In this document: positions 11,669-23,594 of the stretch, piece by piece
Numbering within the stretch: the first letter of the stretch is position 1
How the letters are laid out: the number at the start of each line of letters is the position of its first letter
NCBI GenBank assembly: GCA_964019335.1
Contig: OZ025681.1
Coordinates: 124,001-188,000 of the forward strand
DNA: 64,000 nt
Direction: 5' to 3'
Source: Diplonema japonicum
Lineage: Eukaryota; Protista; Euglenozoa: Diplonemea
Made by a program: the position numbers and the translations under genes
The notes under the pieces: generated by a model
Database searches by the model: none
Seen by the model: the letters and a program-made list of their open reading frames with translations, nothing else
What the model was told of the DNA's origin: nothing

Positions 11669-14600
11669 TCACCCACCCAAAACAGCCCTGAGCATCTTCG
11701 TGATGCCTGTCTCCTTCATGATTGTAGAGAAGGCCTTCCCAATCCCCGACTTGAGGAAGGTCTTCGCGATGGGGTCAGCATAGGTGAGGACAAGGAGCTT
11801 CATCGGCTCGTTCAAGACGATGTCCTGCATGAAGGCGATGGCGCAGCCTGTGAAGAAGCTCTGTTGGGTCTCCTGCTCCCAGCGCAAGGCCTCCGTGAGG
11901 AAAATGGTCACGGAAGAGAGCTGTATGAAGAAGGCGAGGGCATAGGCGAGGTAGGTCACGTGGTGCGGTAGGTGCTGTGGAAGGAGGCCCCCTTTCTTCA
12001 GCTGGTAGGACCGCAAGACAACGAGCCACCCCACCAGAAGGAACACGAGAGGGGCCAACCACTGCTCCGTCCCGCCCACCTCCACCTTGCTCCCCTCCCT
12101 TCGAATGGACGGTTGTTTCTCCAAGCAGACGAACAAGCACCCAGACCACTGCAGCACGAACACAGCGGACCCGAGGTGCCCCATGCTGTACCTCTGGTAC
12201 ATCACCCACCAGCACCCCAAGGCCGCCACAATCTGCACACAGCTCGCCCCTGCCCCTGCCCACCACTCCACCTCGTAGTACAGACACAACACGATGAACA
12301 GGTGCACCGACCAGAAGACCGACAGCACCATGGGGAGAAGCCGCGGGCGCCACGAGCTTACCCCGAGTGCCACGAAGATCATCACCCACAGGAACAACAA
12401 GGCCACACCGATCCCAACCTCTCCAGAGTCTATCATCAACACGCACCCGTACATCCCCAGTGACATCAGCAGCAGTACCACAGCCTTCGCGAGCTGGAAG
12501 AAGTACGTTGCTATGCTCAGGATCAAGAAGAACGAGATGACAAGCGGCCACCACCTCCACCCGATGATGGACATAATCCCGACGTGCACCAGGACAAGAA
12601 AGATGATGAACCGAAGCGATCGCCGTGCATGTTTGTTTGCTCGCTGGCAAAGTGTCAGCTCTTGTTCCTCTTCGTCCACGCTGCTTTCGGTGACATCCGC
12701 TGTGTTGTTCTGTTCCAAGTACTTCTTCCTCGGGGTCCCCATGGGCGTAACCTGCCTCGTCTCATTCTCATCCTGATACACAGGCTGCGCATCCCCAATG
12801 GTAGCGCTGAACACCCGCACTGAGCCTGTCACTCTCATGCTGTCCGCGTGAAGTATTGGGCTGAGACGTCCCGTCACTCTCTCCCGTTCTATCTCTTTCT
12901 CTTTTTCTTCTTCTCTCTTTTTCGCCTCCCACCACTCCTTGTGTGAAATGGACTGGTACTCAGGTGTGTTGTACTGTGTGTATTCGCAAATGAGGCGTAT
13001 CTCAGGGTTCCGCCCCTGCTTCTTGCTCACCTCGTCAGGGATCTGATACCAGCAGTCAAGGGACGCCGTTGCAGACGAGTCGTCTCGAACAATGCAGTCG
13101 ATGATGTCCTGCATCGAGATGCTGAGCGACGCCACAAGGTTCTCCGTGCTTGTGTCCTGCAGACCGTCGTCATCGTACACGTTCACCACCACCACAGACT
13201 CCTTCTCCTCCCGCACGGGGTAGCTCACCACACAGCTCCCATCGAACACAGGGTTGTGGTCGTCCCACACTGTCGCTGACTTCCAAACACGGCACTCACT
13301 CTCCACAAGAACGAAGCAGTCAGGGACGTCGTCCATCGCTTCTCCTCGGTTGGACAGGTCCCTTGCTTGAACCACCCTCACATTCAGCTCCCCCAGAATG
13401 GGGTACTCGGGGTACGGGTCGAGTGCAGCCCACGACCACAGCTGTTTAGTAGTGTGTTGTGCTTTTGAGGAAACATACCACCGGAACTTTTTTCACCGCC
13501 CTCTTGAAAAGCAGCCCCAGCAGCACTGTTGTCGGGGTCATCATGCAAGCGGAGATGACCGCCACCATGATTGTCTTGGCGATAGTTCTGAATTAGATTT
13601 GTGATTGTTGACTTTTTGTATCTCCACAAACATACCCATTCTCGTTCCTGCCGTGGAAGACAGCACAGATGAAGAAGACTGTGTTCATCGCTGCGAAGAG
13701 GACAGCAAGCCTCTGCGGGCGGGAGAACGACTGTCCCGGCTGCCGGAACAACACGCAGAACCACAAGTGTGCCCGGAGTGCAACGCTCGCCTTGTCTAAA
13801 AGAAAATTAACCTTCTCACAGCAGCTCATGTCAGCCATGGTAATTTCTCCTTCCTCCTCAGGCAGAGTGATGCTCACCTTGCGCCTTCCTGAGAGATCAG
13901 TCGCCACCGTCGAGCGGCGCCGCTTCGTGATTGACGGGAGGCCCCCAGGGATCTCCAAGATACTTGACAGTTCAGAATCACATGCATCATCGTTCAGGCA
14001 AAGATCTGACTGCAGCACATCGGATGCCGAGAGAGGAGACGAAAAGGCAGGAGAGGGGACTGACTCGAAGTTCCGTGGGAAGAGTTCGACTGCAGAATGT
14101 TCTTCGTAGTTGTCTCTCATATCCTTTTTCATCTGTACGCCACCACGGGGTCCTCTACGCGTCCTCGCCTCGCTGTCAGGGAAGCTTGATCCTCGCATGT
14201 ACTTCTTCATCGTGCTTGTTGTACTCACTTGCCTCGACAGGCCCTTCGGCCAATCAGGACGAAAGGACGGGACCTTTCTTGCCTTCGGGGAGTGGTACTC
14301 CGCGACCACAGCGGACTGCTGCAGGTCACTCTCCTGCTTGCTGAATTCAAATCGTGCCACTTCTCGCGTCATCTTGTTCCGTTCCGTTGCTGTCTGAATC
14401 GCAGCGGCCTTTGCTTCTTCAAATGTTTTGCATTTTTCTTCACCTGCATGCAGGAACATGTGTGCCGCTCGTACGTAGTTCCCTCGCATGCATTCATCTA
14501 CTCCATCCGCCCATCTAAAAAGGTGTCCTTCACGTACTTGTTGCTCTATATCCGTAATATCCTGCAGCTGGGCCGCCAGTACTCTTGCCGATGTTGTGTG

Positions 14601-17600
14601 CGTTGTCGTTGGAATAGAAATCTCGGAACCCGTCTCTGTCTCTGTCCCTGCCATCGACATTGTGTGTGCTATCTTCTCTTCCATCTTTAACATTGCTTGT
14701 TCTGACATACAACTGATTTCTCTATTACTCATAAGTGCGGTATCTTGCCGCCTGTCGTAGAAGTAGGTCACAGCAAAGAGGATGTAGTAGAGCAAGTAGA
14801 GTGTCCCCACGACAGTGAGGGTGGGGATGTTCACCGCTGAGAGCTGTGTCCAGCTGTTGAAGTTCGAGCTGCTGAAGAGCCGTTTTAGGTTTGTTGCGGG
14901 CATCACCTCAGAGGCAATGAAGGCCCCCACAGTCCCAAGCTTTGACTCCCCGGTCAGCTCTACAGTCCCGTTGTTGTTGTTGTTGTTGTTGTTTCCTGCC
15001 GCCAGCACCACAGCCGCCCGGTAGGTCACGCTCCCACCACACGAAGGGTTCTGCTGCTGTTGTGCAGTTGCCGTCAACAAGCCCTCCGAAAGAAACCCGT
15101 TCCACTGAAGGTCCTGACCCGGTTCCCAGGAGCCTGCGGTCTCGTTCCACACGCGCAGGGCAATGTTGCAGGGGTAGGGGTCCACGAACTCCGCGTCCAC
15201 CGTGAAGTTCACCTTCATTGTCACAGCCTCGTTTGCCGAGGCCCCTCCGAAGGAGGAAACCCGTACCTGCACCACGTCCCCTGTCGAGGTCTCGTTGTTC
15301 CCAGGGACTGGGTACAGGTCCCCTGCTACCGCCCTCACGAGGACACGCCCTCCCCCTGACAGCCCAGGGAGTGCCACAGAGGTTGTTGAGTTCTCCAGTC
15401 GCACCGTTACCGTTCCCGATGTCGCTTCACCGATCGTCGTCACCGCTATCTTCAGAACTGTCCCAGAGAAGCTGATGTCCGTCACGTTGTCGGCAAGGAG
15501 GGATGAGGCCAGGCTGTCCGTCAACGCCACCACAGACTCCTTCGCTTCCTCCGTCGCGGCGAGCACTCCAAGCCAGTCCACCGCCTGCAGCACCCGCCAG
15601 ATATCGTTTGCGGTCCCGTTCTCAACAACCGTCTGCCCTAGCTGCTCCACCACCTGTGCTGCCCCCACCACCTCTGCGCTCACCTCCTCCGCCGTCCCCG
15701 AGCCAGTCCCGGACCCAATCTGAGACACGATCGACTCTGCCACGGTGGACGCCTCCCCAGGTGACGTGATCACCTGAACAGTGCCCCGAAAGGTCTGAGA
15801 AGTGATCCAGTTGTTGCTGTTGCTGCTGCCGCTGCCAACACCCCCGCCTGTCCCCTGCACACCAACCTGGATCACGAGGTCTCCCTCCGGCAGGGCGTTC
15901 AGAGAGAAGGAGGCGACCCTCGTGTGTCTCACAACGACCCCGTCCACCGCCACCACGTACTGCGCCTCCGAAGACGACCCAAGGAACCACTCGTCGTAGT
16001 CAAAGCTCACCTTCGTCCCAACAGTGAGGTTCACGAGGGGGGGCGTGAAAGTGATCACCGGGAGCTGCTTCGGAACGAACACACGAAAGGAGTCGCTACC
16101 CCCGCCTGTTCCCACGCTGTCTATCCCGCACAACAGAGAGCCTCCAGTGTTCCCCATCGTGGCCCCAAGGTCCACCTCTAAATACATCGTCGTCTTGCTC
16201 ACAGCAAGGCCGACAGCTGAAAAAGAAGAAGAAGCAGAACTAGAACCGTAATAACCGTTGCACTGAACCACTATCTCGTTCTTCGACACACCAACACAGG
16301 AAAGCGCCGCCGTGTGCAAGGCCTCCATCCTGCGAACGAGGTCCAAGGCCGCAGGAACAGACCAGCTTGCGAGGAGCGAGGGGTCCACCACCACCTCCGC
16401 CCGACCCAACGAAGTGTCCAAAAAGACCACAGACAGGGCTCCCGAGTCAGAGGAAGAAGAGAGCCCCAGCTCCGAAGCGAGAAACCCTTGGACCTCGCCG
16501 GCTGAGGAGAGCTGCTGGCCCACTATGCTGAAGTGCGCAACGAGGGGTGTGAACACGCCGTCCGCTGACAAGAGAACCCGCTGACGCTCCCCCACAGGGC
16601 TTGCCACGAACACCTCCCTCCCGAATACACGAACCTGCGGCTGTTGCTGTGAAGGGGAATAACCCTTCACCTCTGACATCGTGGAGGAAGGGGCAGAGAA
16701 TGGCGCAGGGGTTGCTGGAGACACAGTGTTGGGGAAACTCGTTGCGGGGGAAAGGGTGGAAGGAGCGCCTGTTGTGGCTGTTGTGGATGGAACAGTTGTC
16801 GGTACCGCTGTGTGCAGAGAAGGTGACTGGGAAGGAAGCTGTGTGGGTGCAAGTGTTGGAGGAACCAAGGTCGAAGGGGAAGTAGACGTGCCAGAAGGGA
16901 CAGGGGTCGGTGCGGGGCTCTGCGGTGCAACTGATGGTGCAGAGGTGGGTGTCTTCGTGGGAGCCACTGTGGGCGGAAAAGGTGTTGGTGGTGGCGAGAC
17001 AGTGGACCCTGGAACAGATGTTGGTGCAAGGGTAGAAGGAGCTGGTGTTGGAGGGGCTGACGTAGCTGGGAAAGAAGTTGAAGGAGCAAAGGTCTCTGGG
17101 ACGAGTGTTGGGGTAAGGGTCGTGGGCGGTGAAGGAGTCGGAGCGGTTGTCGAAGGTGCAGTGGTTGAGGGAGCAGGGGTAGAAGGTGCAGGAGTTGATG
17201 GAGCAGGAGTCAAGGGTGCAGGGGTCGGAACAAGAGTTGGAGCAGGGGTCGAGGGTGAAGGTGTTGAGGGGGCAGTGGTGGAGGGTGCTGAGGTTGAAGG
17301 AGAAGGAGTCGAAGGTGAAGGTGTTGAAGGTGCAGGGGTCGAGGGTGCTGAGGTTGAAGGAGCAGGAGTTGGAACTGGAGTTGGTATAGGGGTTGGGACA
17401 GGTGTTGGAACAGGTGTTGGAACAGGGGTTGGAACAGGGGTTGGAACTGGGGTTGGAACTGGGGTTGGAACAGGTGTTGGAACAGGTGTTGGAACAGGTG
17501 TTGGAACAGGGGTTGGAACTGGGGTTGGAACTGGGGTTGGAACAGGTGTTGGAACAGGTGTTGGAACAGGTGTTGGAACAGGGGTTGGGACAGGTGTTGG

Positions 17601-18326
17601 AACAGGTGTTGGAACAGGGGTTGGAACAGGGGTTGGAACGGGTGTTGGAACAGGGGTTGGGACAGGTGTTGGAACAGGTGTTGGAACAGGGGTTGGAACA
17701 GGTGTTGGAACGGGTGTTGGAACAGGGGTCGGTATAGGAGTTGGAGCAGGGGTTGGCGCAGGAGTTGGAACAGGGGTTGGAGCAGGTGTTGAAGGAGCTC
17801 CTGTTGCGGGAAATGGTGTCTGCGGGGCTGGTGCAGCAGTCTGGACCTTAACTTGGTTCGTACACGAGTCCGATTCCGTACAGCTCACCTGGCACCCACC
17901 AGACGGGCAGACAACCATTGAATCCTGACATCCCAAATTTCCTTCACAGCTCAAATCAAGGCTGCCGCCACCACTGCCCGCTTGGTACACCTTAAGCCCC
18001 TTGCATGCTTCGTTTGCGGTGCATAAGATAGTGCAGGTACCAGATTCAGGGCACGTTATGGTGGCATCTTTGCAAGCATGCATGCTTTTGCATTTTAGGG
18101 TACAGGAACCCGAGGTGGGACAGGTTAGGACCAGGTTCTTGCATGAGTCCGGATCAGGGCAAGTCGTGGAGCAGGATGACAAACTGTTGCAGTCGGCCGC
18201 ACAATTCTCACAAGTCCTACACGTCAACACGTTGAAGGTATAGTCGCTAGCTCCTTTTGAGCATCCGCTGACGGATGCTATGCAGATACTCAGCACCACC
18301 CAGTGAAAAAGGCGTGTGGCCGCCAT
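11669..18326 (-). CDS. Polycystin-1-like receptor, copy B, with an N-terminal Cys-rich head; about 2190 aa in 3 exons (13636-18326, 13479-13587, 11669-13441)
   Basis: ATG at 18326 ([21 protein letters not shown], signal-peptide-like) follows a pyrimidine tract and CAG. Same two introns as copy A. 6573 nt, divisible by 3. Confidence 0.8.
17370..17790 (-). repeat. 12-bp coding tandem repeat encoding (PTPV)n
   Basis: Over 30 units of GGTGTTGGAACA-like sequence on the + strand. Confidence 0.95.
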
Positions 18327-19436
18327 ACCTGTTTGGGGTGATAAAGAAGGAAAAGCCGGAAAAAGAAAAAAAAATGCAAAATCATATAGGAGCAAAAAAA
18401 AAAAAAAAGAAAAGAAAAGGGGGGGAGGAAAAAAAATGGTTTGAGGAAAGAATTCTTTTGAGCGACAGTAGGGAGAGAGGAGGAAGATGGAAAGGGGAGG
18501 GGGGGGGGGGGGGGGGAGGAACACAGGGGTTTTTTTTTTTTTTTAAATACTACTTGAAGAGACACAAAGATCGTAAATCTTTTAAAGTTAAAAAATAGAG
18601 ATACGTCGAGAACGGCTCAATCATTAGGGAGCGAATTATTCAGTTACGGCAAAATCTCTTAATTTCTTCCCGGAAAAAAAAAAAAAAATGAGACGCTCAA
18701 AAAAAAAAAGAAGAATTTCTTCTTCCTGTCACTTTTGTTTTACCCACATCCTTTCCGGACAAAATTAAGAGATTTACAGTATGTTGAAAGAAAAAGAAGA
18801 AAGACACAGGAACAGGTCTCCATCCTAAAACCCCATTAAGAAGCACTACTAGGCTTCTTGTCACATTCTTTTGAGGTGGCAAGACCTGAAGTAGTTCTTC
18901 AAATGAAGGGTAAAAGGGGGGAAATAACAAAGAATGCGGGGGGGGGGGGGGAAAGAGGAAAAAAAAAAAAAAAAAGCAGCACCCTTTTTTCTTTTTTCTT
19001 TTTTCTTTTTTTTTTTCCCCCTCCTGAAAAATCTTTTTTCGAGGTTATCGTAGTTTTTCTCTTGAAAGGCAGATGTAAAGAAGAGAAGGGAGTAATGAAT
19101 TTTCTTTTTCCTCTTTTTCTTTTTTTTTTTCCATGTTGTGCGTGCGAGAAAAAAAAAAAAAGGAGGAAAATAATGAAGGGGGTACGTAGTAGGGAAAAAG
19201 GTGGAAGTGAAAAAGTTTGAACAATGTTATAGAGGGAAAGGAAAGGTGCTCTACTACCGCTCTCAAACCTCAGAAGACAAAAAGGGGCTGTCACTTGGCC
19301 CACCCATGCCTTCCTCTGTTTACGCTGCTAATATTGGCATCCATAAGAGGGCTAAGGTTCACATTCTCCAAAAAAAAAAACAAAGGTGAGGGAGAAGAAA
19401 AGAAATAGGTGGAAGCCAGGAGGCATGAACGTAACG

Positions 19437-19468
<32 letters not shown>

Positions 19469-19562
19469 GAAAAGAAGTTAAAAAAAAGAGCCGACTGCCA
19501 CAAGCCAGTTGAACCCGACGAAGGTTGACCAAGTTGCTGCACGCTACAACTCATTTTCGTGG

Positions 19563-19608
<46 letters not shown>

Positions 19609-19727
19609 TTCCTTTCAGTAGCTGTTTTTTCTTCTTCTTTTTTTTCCCCTTCTTTTTTTTTTTTTTCCTTTTTTTTTTTTTTCCAGGGGGTTTCCAAACC
19701 GGTACCTTCCCCCCCCCCAAAAAAAAA

Positions 19728-20287
19728 TTCACTATGATAGGAACGAAGTGGTTAGCAACGGCCCGCAAAAAAAAAAAAAAAAAAACTATTCTGTTAACTG
19801 AATCGTCCAATACTACCTATAGGCGCTCTTGCAACGACCACCACAGCCATCGCCAACGTGCCAAAAAATGGGCTAAACCCGGGAGCTAAACGTTTCAGAC
19901 ATGGCGTGCCACACCCATAGGCCTCACGACCGGGGAGGGGGACATTTATCTTCGCCCGTAAGCTAGAGTGCGCATGCATCCCCAGCTCGCTTTGGGAGGT
20001 GTTGCCAACACCTGGGTCGCTTCGCGGTTCGACCTGCTGCCCAATTCAAAGCGCGGTTGCGGTGAATCCAAGCCCCCTAAGCATCGACACGATTAACAAA
20101 GGGGTTTGTTACGCCGGGATATCTTGTTCACCAATGCTCCATACGCCCCCTGTTGCCAGTTCGCCGGATGAGCATACTGCAGGTCTTCCACTCATCCGTT
20201 GCCCGGTGGGTACCACGAGGAGGTCAGCAACACAATTCTATACTTTTGGCCACGTAGGGCCTGTTCTACATTTAGTATAGTCCCACC
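19728..20287 (-). mobile_element. Non-coding SINE-like retroposon: 5' HDV-like ribozyme, body, internal T tract, 3' 39-nt motif
   Basis: Ribozyme G1 abuts an upstream T tract. Same order of parts as 53733-54028. Confidence 0.6.
20151..20287 (-). ncRNA. HDV-like (nested double pseudoknot) self-cleaving ribozyme
   Basis: P1 GGUGGG/CCCACC; J1/2 hairpin CUAUACU/AGUAUAG; P2 UGUUGCU/GGCAACA; P3 ACC/GGU; L3 UCCUCGU; P1.1 GG; P4 CGGAUGAGU/GCUCAUCCG; J4/2 GCGAA with the catalytic-position C. Confidence 0.85.
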
Positions 20288-21259
20288 AAAAAAAAAAAAA
20301 AAGAGTCATCGCTATAGGAAAAAAAAAAAAAAAAGAGGCCAACACTCCCCTTTTGTTTAGACAAGTCAAAAAAAAAAAAATACTTGCTTGGATGTGTTTT
20401 GGACAAGAGGATTTATTTCTTTTCTCCCCCCCCCCCCCCCCCCGATTAACAAGAAAACCTACCACAATCTCTTCAAAAGGGATTATCAAGGGGTTTTAGA
20501 ATGTTTTTTTTTCTTCTTCTTCTTCTTTTTTTTTTTTCCCCGTCCTAAAAAAGAATATATATGAGTTAAAGGAGGCCGGTGTTGGCGGCGCCCTAAAAAG
20601 AAAATATCGTTTCCTTCAGTCGAATTAAGACTTTGAAGCGTCTCAACTTTGATACAGGGAAAGTACGTGGGAGCAATAAAGAAAAAAATATAAAAAAGAG
20701 GGGGGGGGGGACTTACTTCTGTTGTCGCGCGGGAACATTGCTATCCTACTGGTTGGCCAAAAAAAAAAAAATATCAATTCATTTTTTTTTTAAAAAAAAA
20801 AAAAAGAAAAAAAAACAAAACAAAACAAACGAAAAGCCCGTAGTTTAATAAAAAAATGGGGGAACAGGAGAAGAAGAATGACTTTTGTAATTAGTTCATA
20901 ACCCACCCTGAGGTGTATGAGCAACCTCTTACTCCGTTTCAGAGGGCGGGGGGGGGGGGTGCTTTTTTGTTGTTTGTTTTTGCTTTTGCTTTTTCCTTTT
21001 GCGAACAAAAAAAAATAAAATGGTACTCCTGGGGTTTTGGTTTCTTTAGTATCCAGATCATGTTGTATATTGGGCCAGTTGTTACAGTCAAAAGAAAATT
21101 ATAAAGAGCTGTAGGAGTCCTCTTCTTTCTTTTTATTTTATTTCATTCCGGTACCCTTGGAAGGAAGACAGTGTAAGGGGGGCCCTCGATGGTTTAAAAA
21201 GAAAAAAAGAAAGACCTCGAGGTAAATATAAAAAAAAAAAAACGGGCTACAATCAATTA

Positions 21260-22133
21260 AAGGGGGGGGCCCGAATAATTCCCTCCCAAATAATGTGTTT
21301 TTTCCCAAATAATTCTTGTTTTTTTCGGGGATTTTTCCGCTCCAAATTTCCCAAATAATTCCGACCCCTTTCTTTTTTTTTCGGGGGGGACTGGGGGGTG
21401 AGGAGGCCACAGTCGTGCAACGGGCTTTTCTCAGTTACGCCTGTGCAGGGTACTAGCCAACCTAACCCATGTAGACACCCCTTTTTTGACCAAAAACTCG
21501 ATTTCCGCCTGGTTTTGGGCACTTTTTGGGCACTTACAAGCAATAATGGTAGGGCAGGCACATGAGAAAGGTCATGCAACTGCTCGACACCTTTAGCTGT
21601 ATGCGGTCTCGCGGCTACCTTCCAGGTAGTTCCGAGGAGACCATACAGCTAAGGGCACTTAGCGAAGTAAGCACTTTGAAGGAGTCGGGCTTTAGACAGT
21701 GCAGCACAGAACGTAGTTGCGGGTGTTACAATGGACACTGCACCTGACGAGACTCCAGCAGCCTCCCAAGCCCTTGCAGCTTCTCAAGCCCCGACAGATT
21801 CTCAAGCCTCTCAGACCCCCGCAACCTCCCAGCAACCACCTAACGCCAAAACCAGGCGGTCTGTCTGCAACGTTTGTGGGTTCTCCACAGCCTGGGAGAA
21901 AAACTGTTTTAAAATTTCCCTTGGAAAAAAAAAGGGCATGAAAGAAATCTTGGCACGATTTGGCATGTTAAGATTTCCGAAGTGCTCTAAGCCCCGCTCC
22001 CTGCTTTCCATGTGGCAGGCGACCCAGCCCAAAGTACAACCCAAATAAGTGTATTCCAAATAATTCTTTTTTTTTGTAGCCCTAACACCCCCCCTCCACT
22101 GCCCAAATAAAGGGATTATTCGGGGGGCCCCTT
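21260..22133. mobile_element. Non-autonomous DNA transposon-like element with imperfect TIRs
   Basis: AAGGGGGGGGCCCGAATAATTCCCT versus AGGGATTATTCGGGGGGCCCCTT, with TA on both flanks. Repeated CCAAATAA subterminal motif. Confidence 0.5.
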
Positions 22134-22212
22134 TATTACTTTTTTTTTTTTTTTTTCTTTTCTTCTTCATTCTCATTTATTTGTACCCCCCTTTTTTTCT
22201 TCGTTCAGCTAG

Positions 22213-22257
<45 letters not shown>

Positions 22258-22514
22258 AAACGAGAGAATCAGCTGATTATTTGTAGCCGTTTTCACCTAC
22301 AGTAGGGGTAAACGGGCAAGCCGCCTCTACTCTTTTTTTAACGTTGCACGCTTAACGCCACCTAGTGTTGCAATCAAAGCCCCATTTTTTTCTTCATTTT
22401 CTTTTTTTTTTTTTTTTTTTTTTTTGCAACAACAATTCTCTTTTCAAAATTTGTTTAGCTTGTTTTCCAGTAAAAAAAAGAAAAAGAAAAAAAAAAAAAG
22501 AGAGAGAGAGAGAG

Positions 22515-22546
<32 letters not shown>

Positions 22547-22663
22547 AAGAGATTTATGACCTTATGACTAAATGTCCTTTGTCGCTCTGCACAGGTTTTT
22601 TTTTTTTTTGTTATAAACTCAAATATTTTCAAAAAAAAAAAAAATAAGAACACCGTACTCCAG

Positions 22664-22897
22664 CTCCCAAGTGTACCATAAAGTACATGGGGCGGGGGGG
22701 TGCTAGTAGTCAAACGACACATTTTGGAGTGAGTTTCAAACCTGTGCGGTGCAACCTCTCTGGTACCCTCCCCGCGGCAGGGTGGGGGGGTGGGGGGGGC
22801 CAAACCCGTTGTTTGTGCCTATCGCAGATTTCTGAAATGACTCGCTTAAGGGAGGTGTCGCTACGTACCTAGACCACGGTCAACAGTCTTGCTGCCC
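22664..22897 (-). repeat. Dispersed structured repeat (SINE-like), shorter copy
   Basis: Colinear blocks shared with 46876-47194: GGGCAGCAAGAC, AGCGAGTCATTTCAG, CCGCACAGGTT, TGTGTCGTTTGACTAC, TGTACTTTATGGTACACTTGG. Confidence 0.75.
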
Positions 22898-23594
22898 TGT
22901 TAAGAAAAAAAGAAGAAAGAGACTATGAGCTAATAAAAAAAAAGGGGGTGGGGGAAGGGCGGTGTAAAGTCCAGTAAGATTTTTCAGGAATAAGTACTAA
23001 AGGACTACGGGGAAGCAACTAATCACAGAAAAAGAAAAAAAAGAGAAAAAAAACCATTTTTTTTTTTAAGGACTCTAGTTTACCGCCTGTGAATTCTTCT
23101 TTTTTTTTCTCTTTCCTTCTTTCCTTTTATTTTTCTTTTTTCTTTTAAAAAAAAGAGAGAGAAAAAAAAAAACAAGAAAGAAAGAGAAGGAAAAAAGAAA
23201 AAGAAACACAGGGTGAAAGAATAGAGAACAATTATTTTCTTTTTTTTCTTTCCTTCAAAAAAAAAAAGGAAAAAAACTCCATGAATGAGCTTCAAAGGAT
23301 GTTGAAAGGGAGGTAATATGAAAAAGAGAATAAAAAAATTGTTTTTACAAACCTTCTTTTTATTTTTCTTTTTTTTTCCTTTCATTTTCTTTTTTTTTTT
23401 TACTGCTGGTGAGCAAAGTGTGGAGTGCTGTGAAGAGAATTTGAGGAGGTGGCCGTTGTTTTGTTTCTGCAGGATAGAAACATGGAGAATTCTAACCCAT
23501 ATATTAAACGTTACCAATGCTCCCCCGTTGCTCAGAGTCAACGACTCGTTTCTTGCGTGGAAAAAAAAAAAGAAAAAAAAAAAGAAAAAAAAAA

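Noticed and set aside
7535-17928. Long plus-strand Gly/Val/Glu ORFs (7535..8311, 8459..9481, 16681..17928) and minus-strand Gln/Leu/His ORFs
   Set aside because: Antisense or alternative-frame shadows of the mucin coding repeats.
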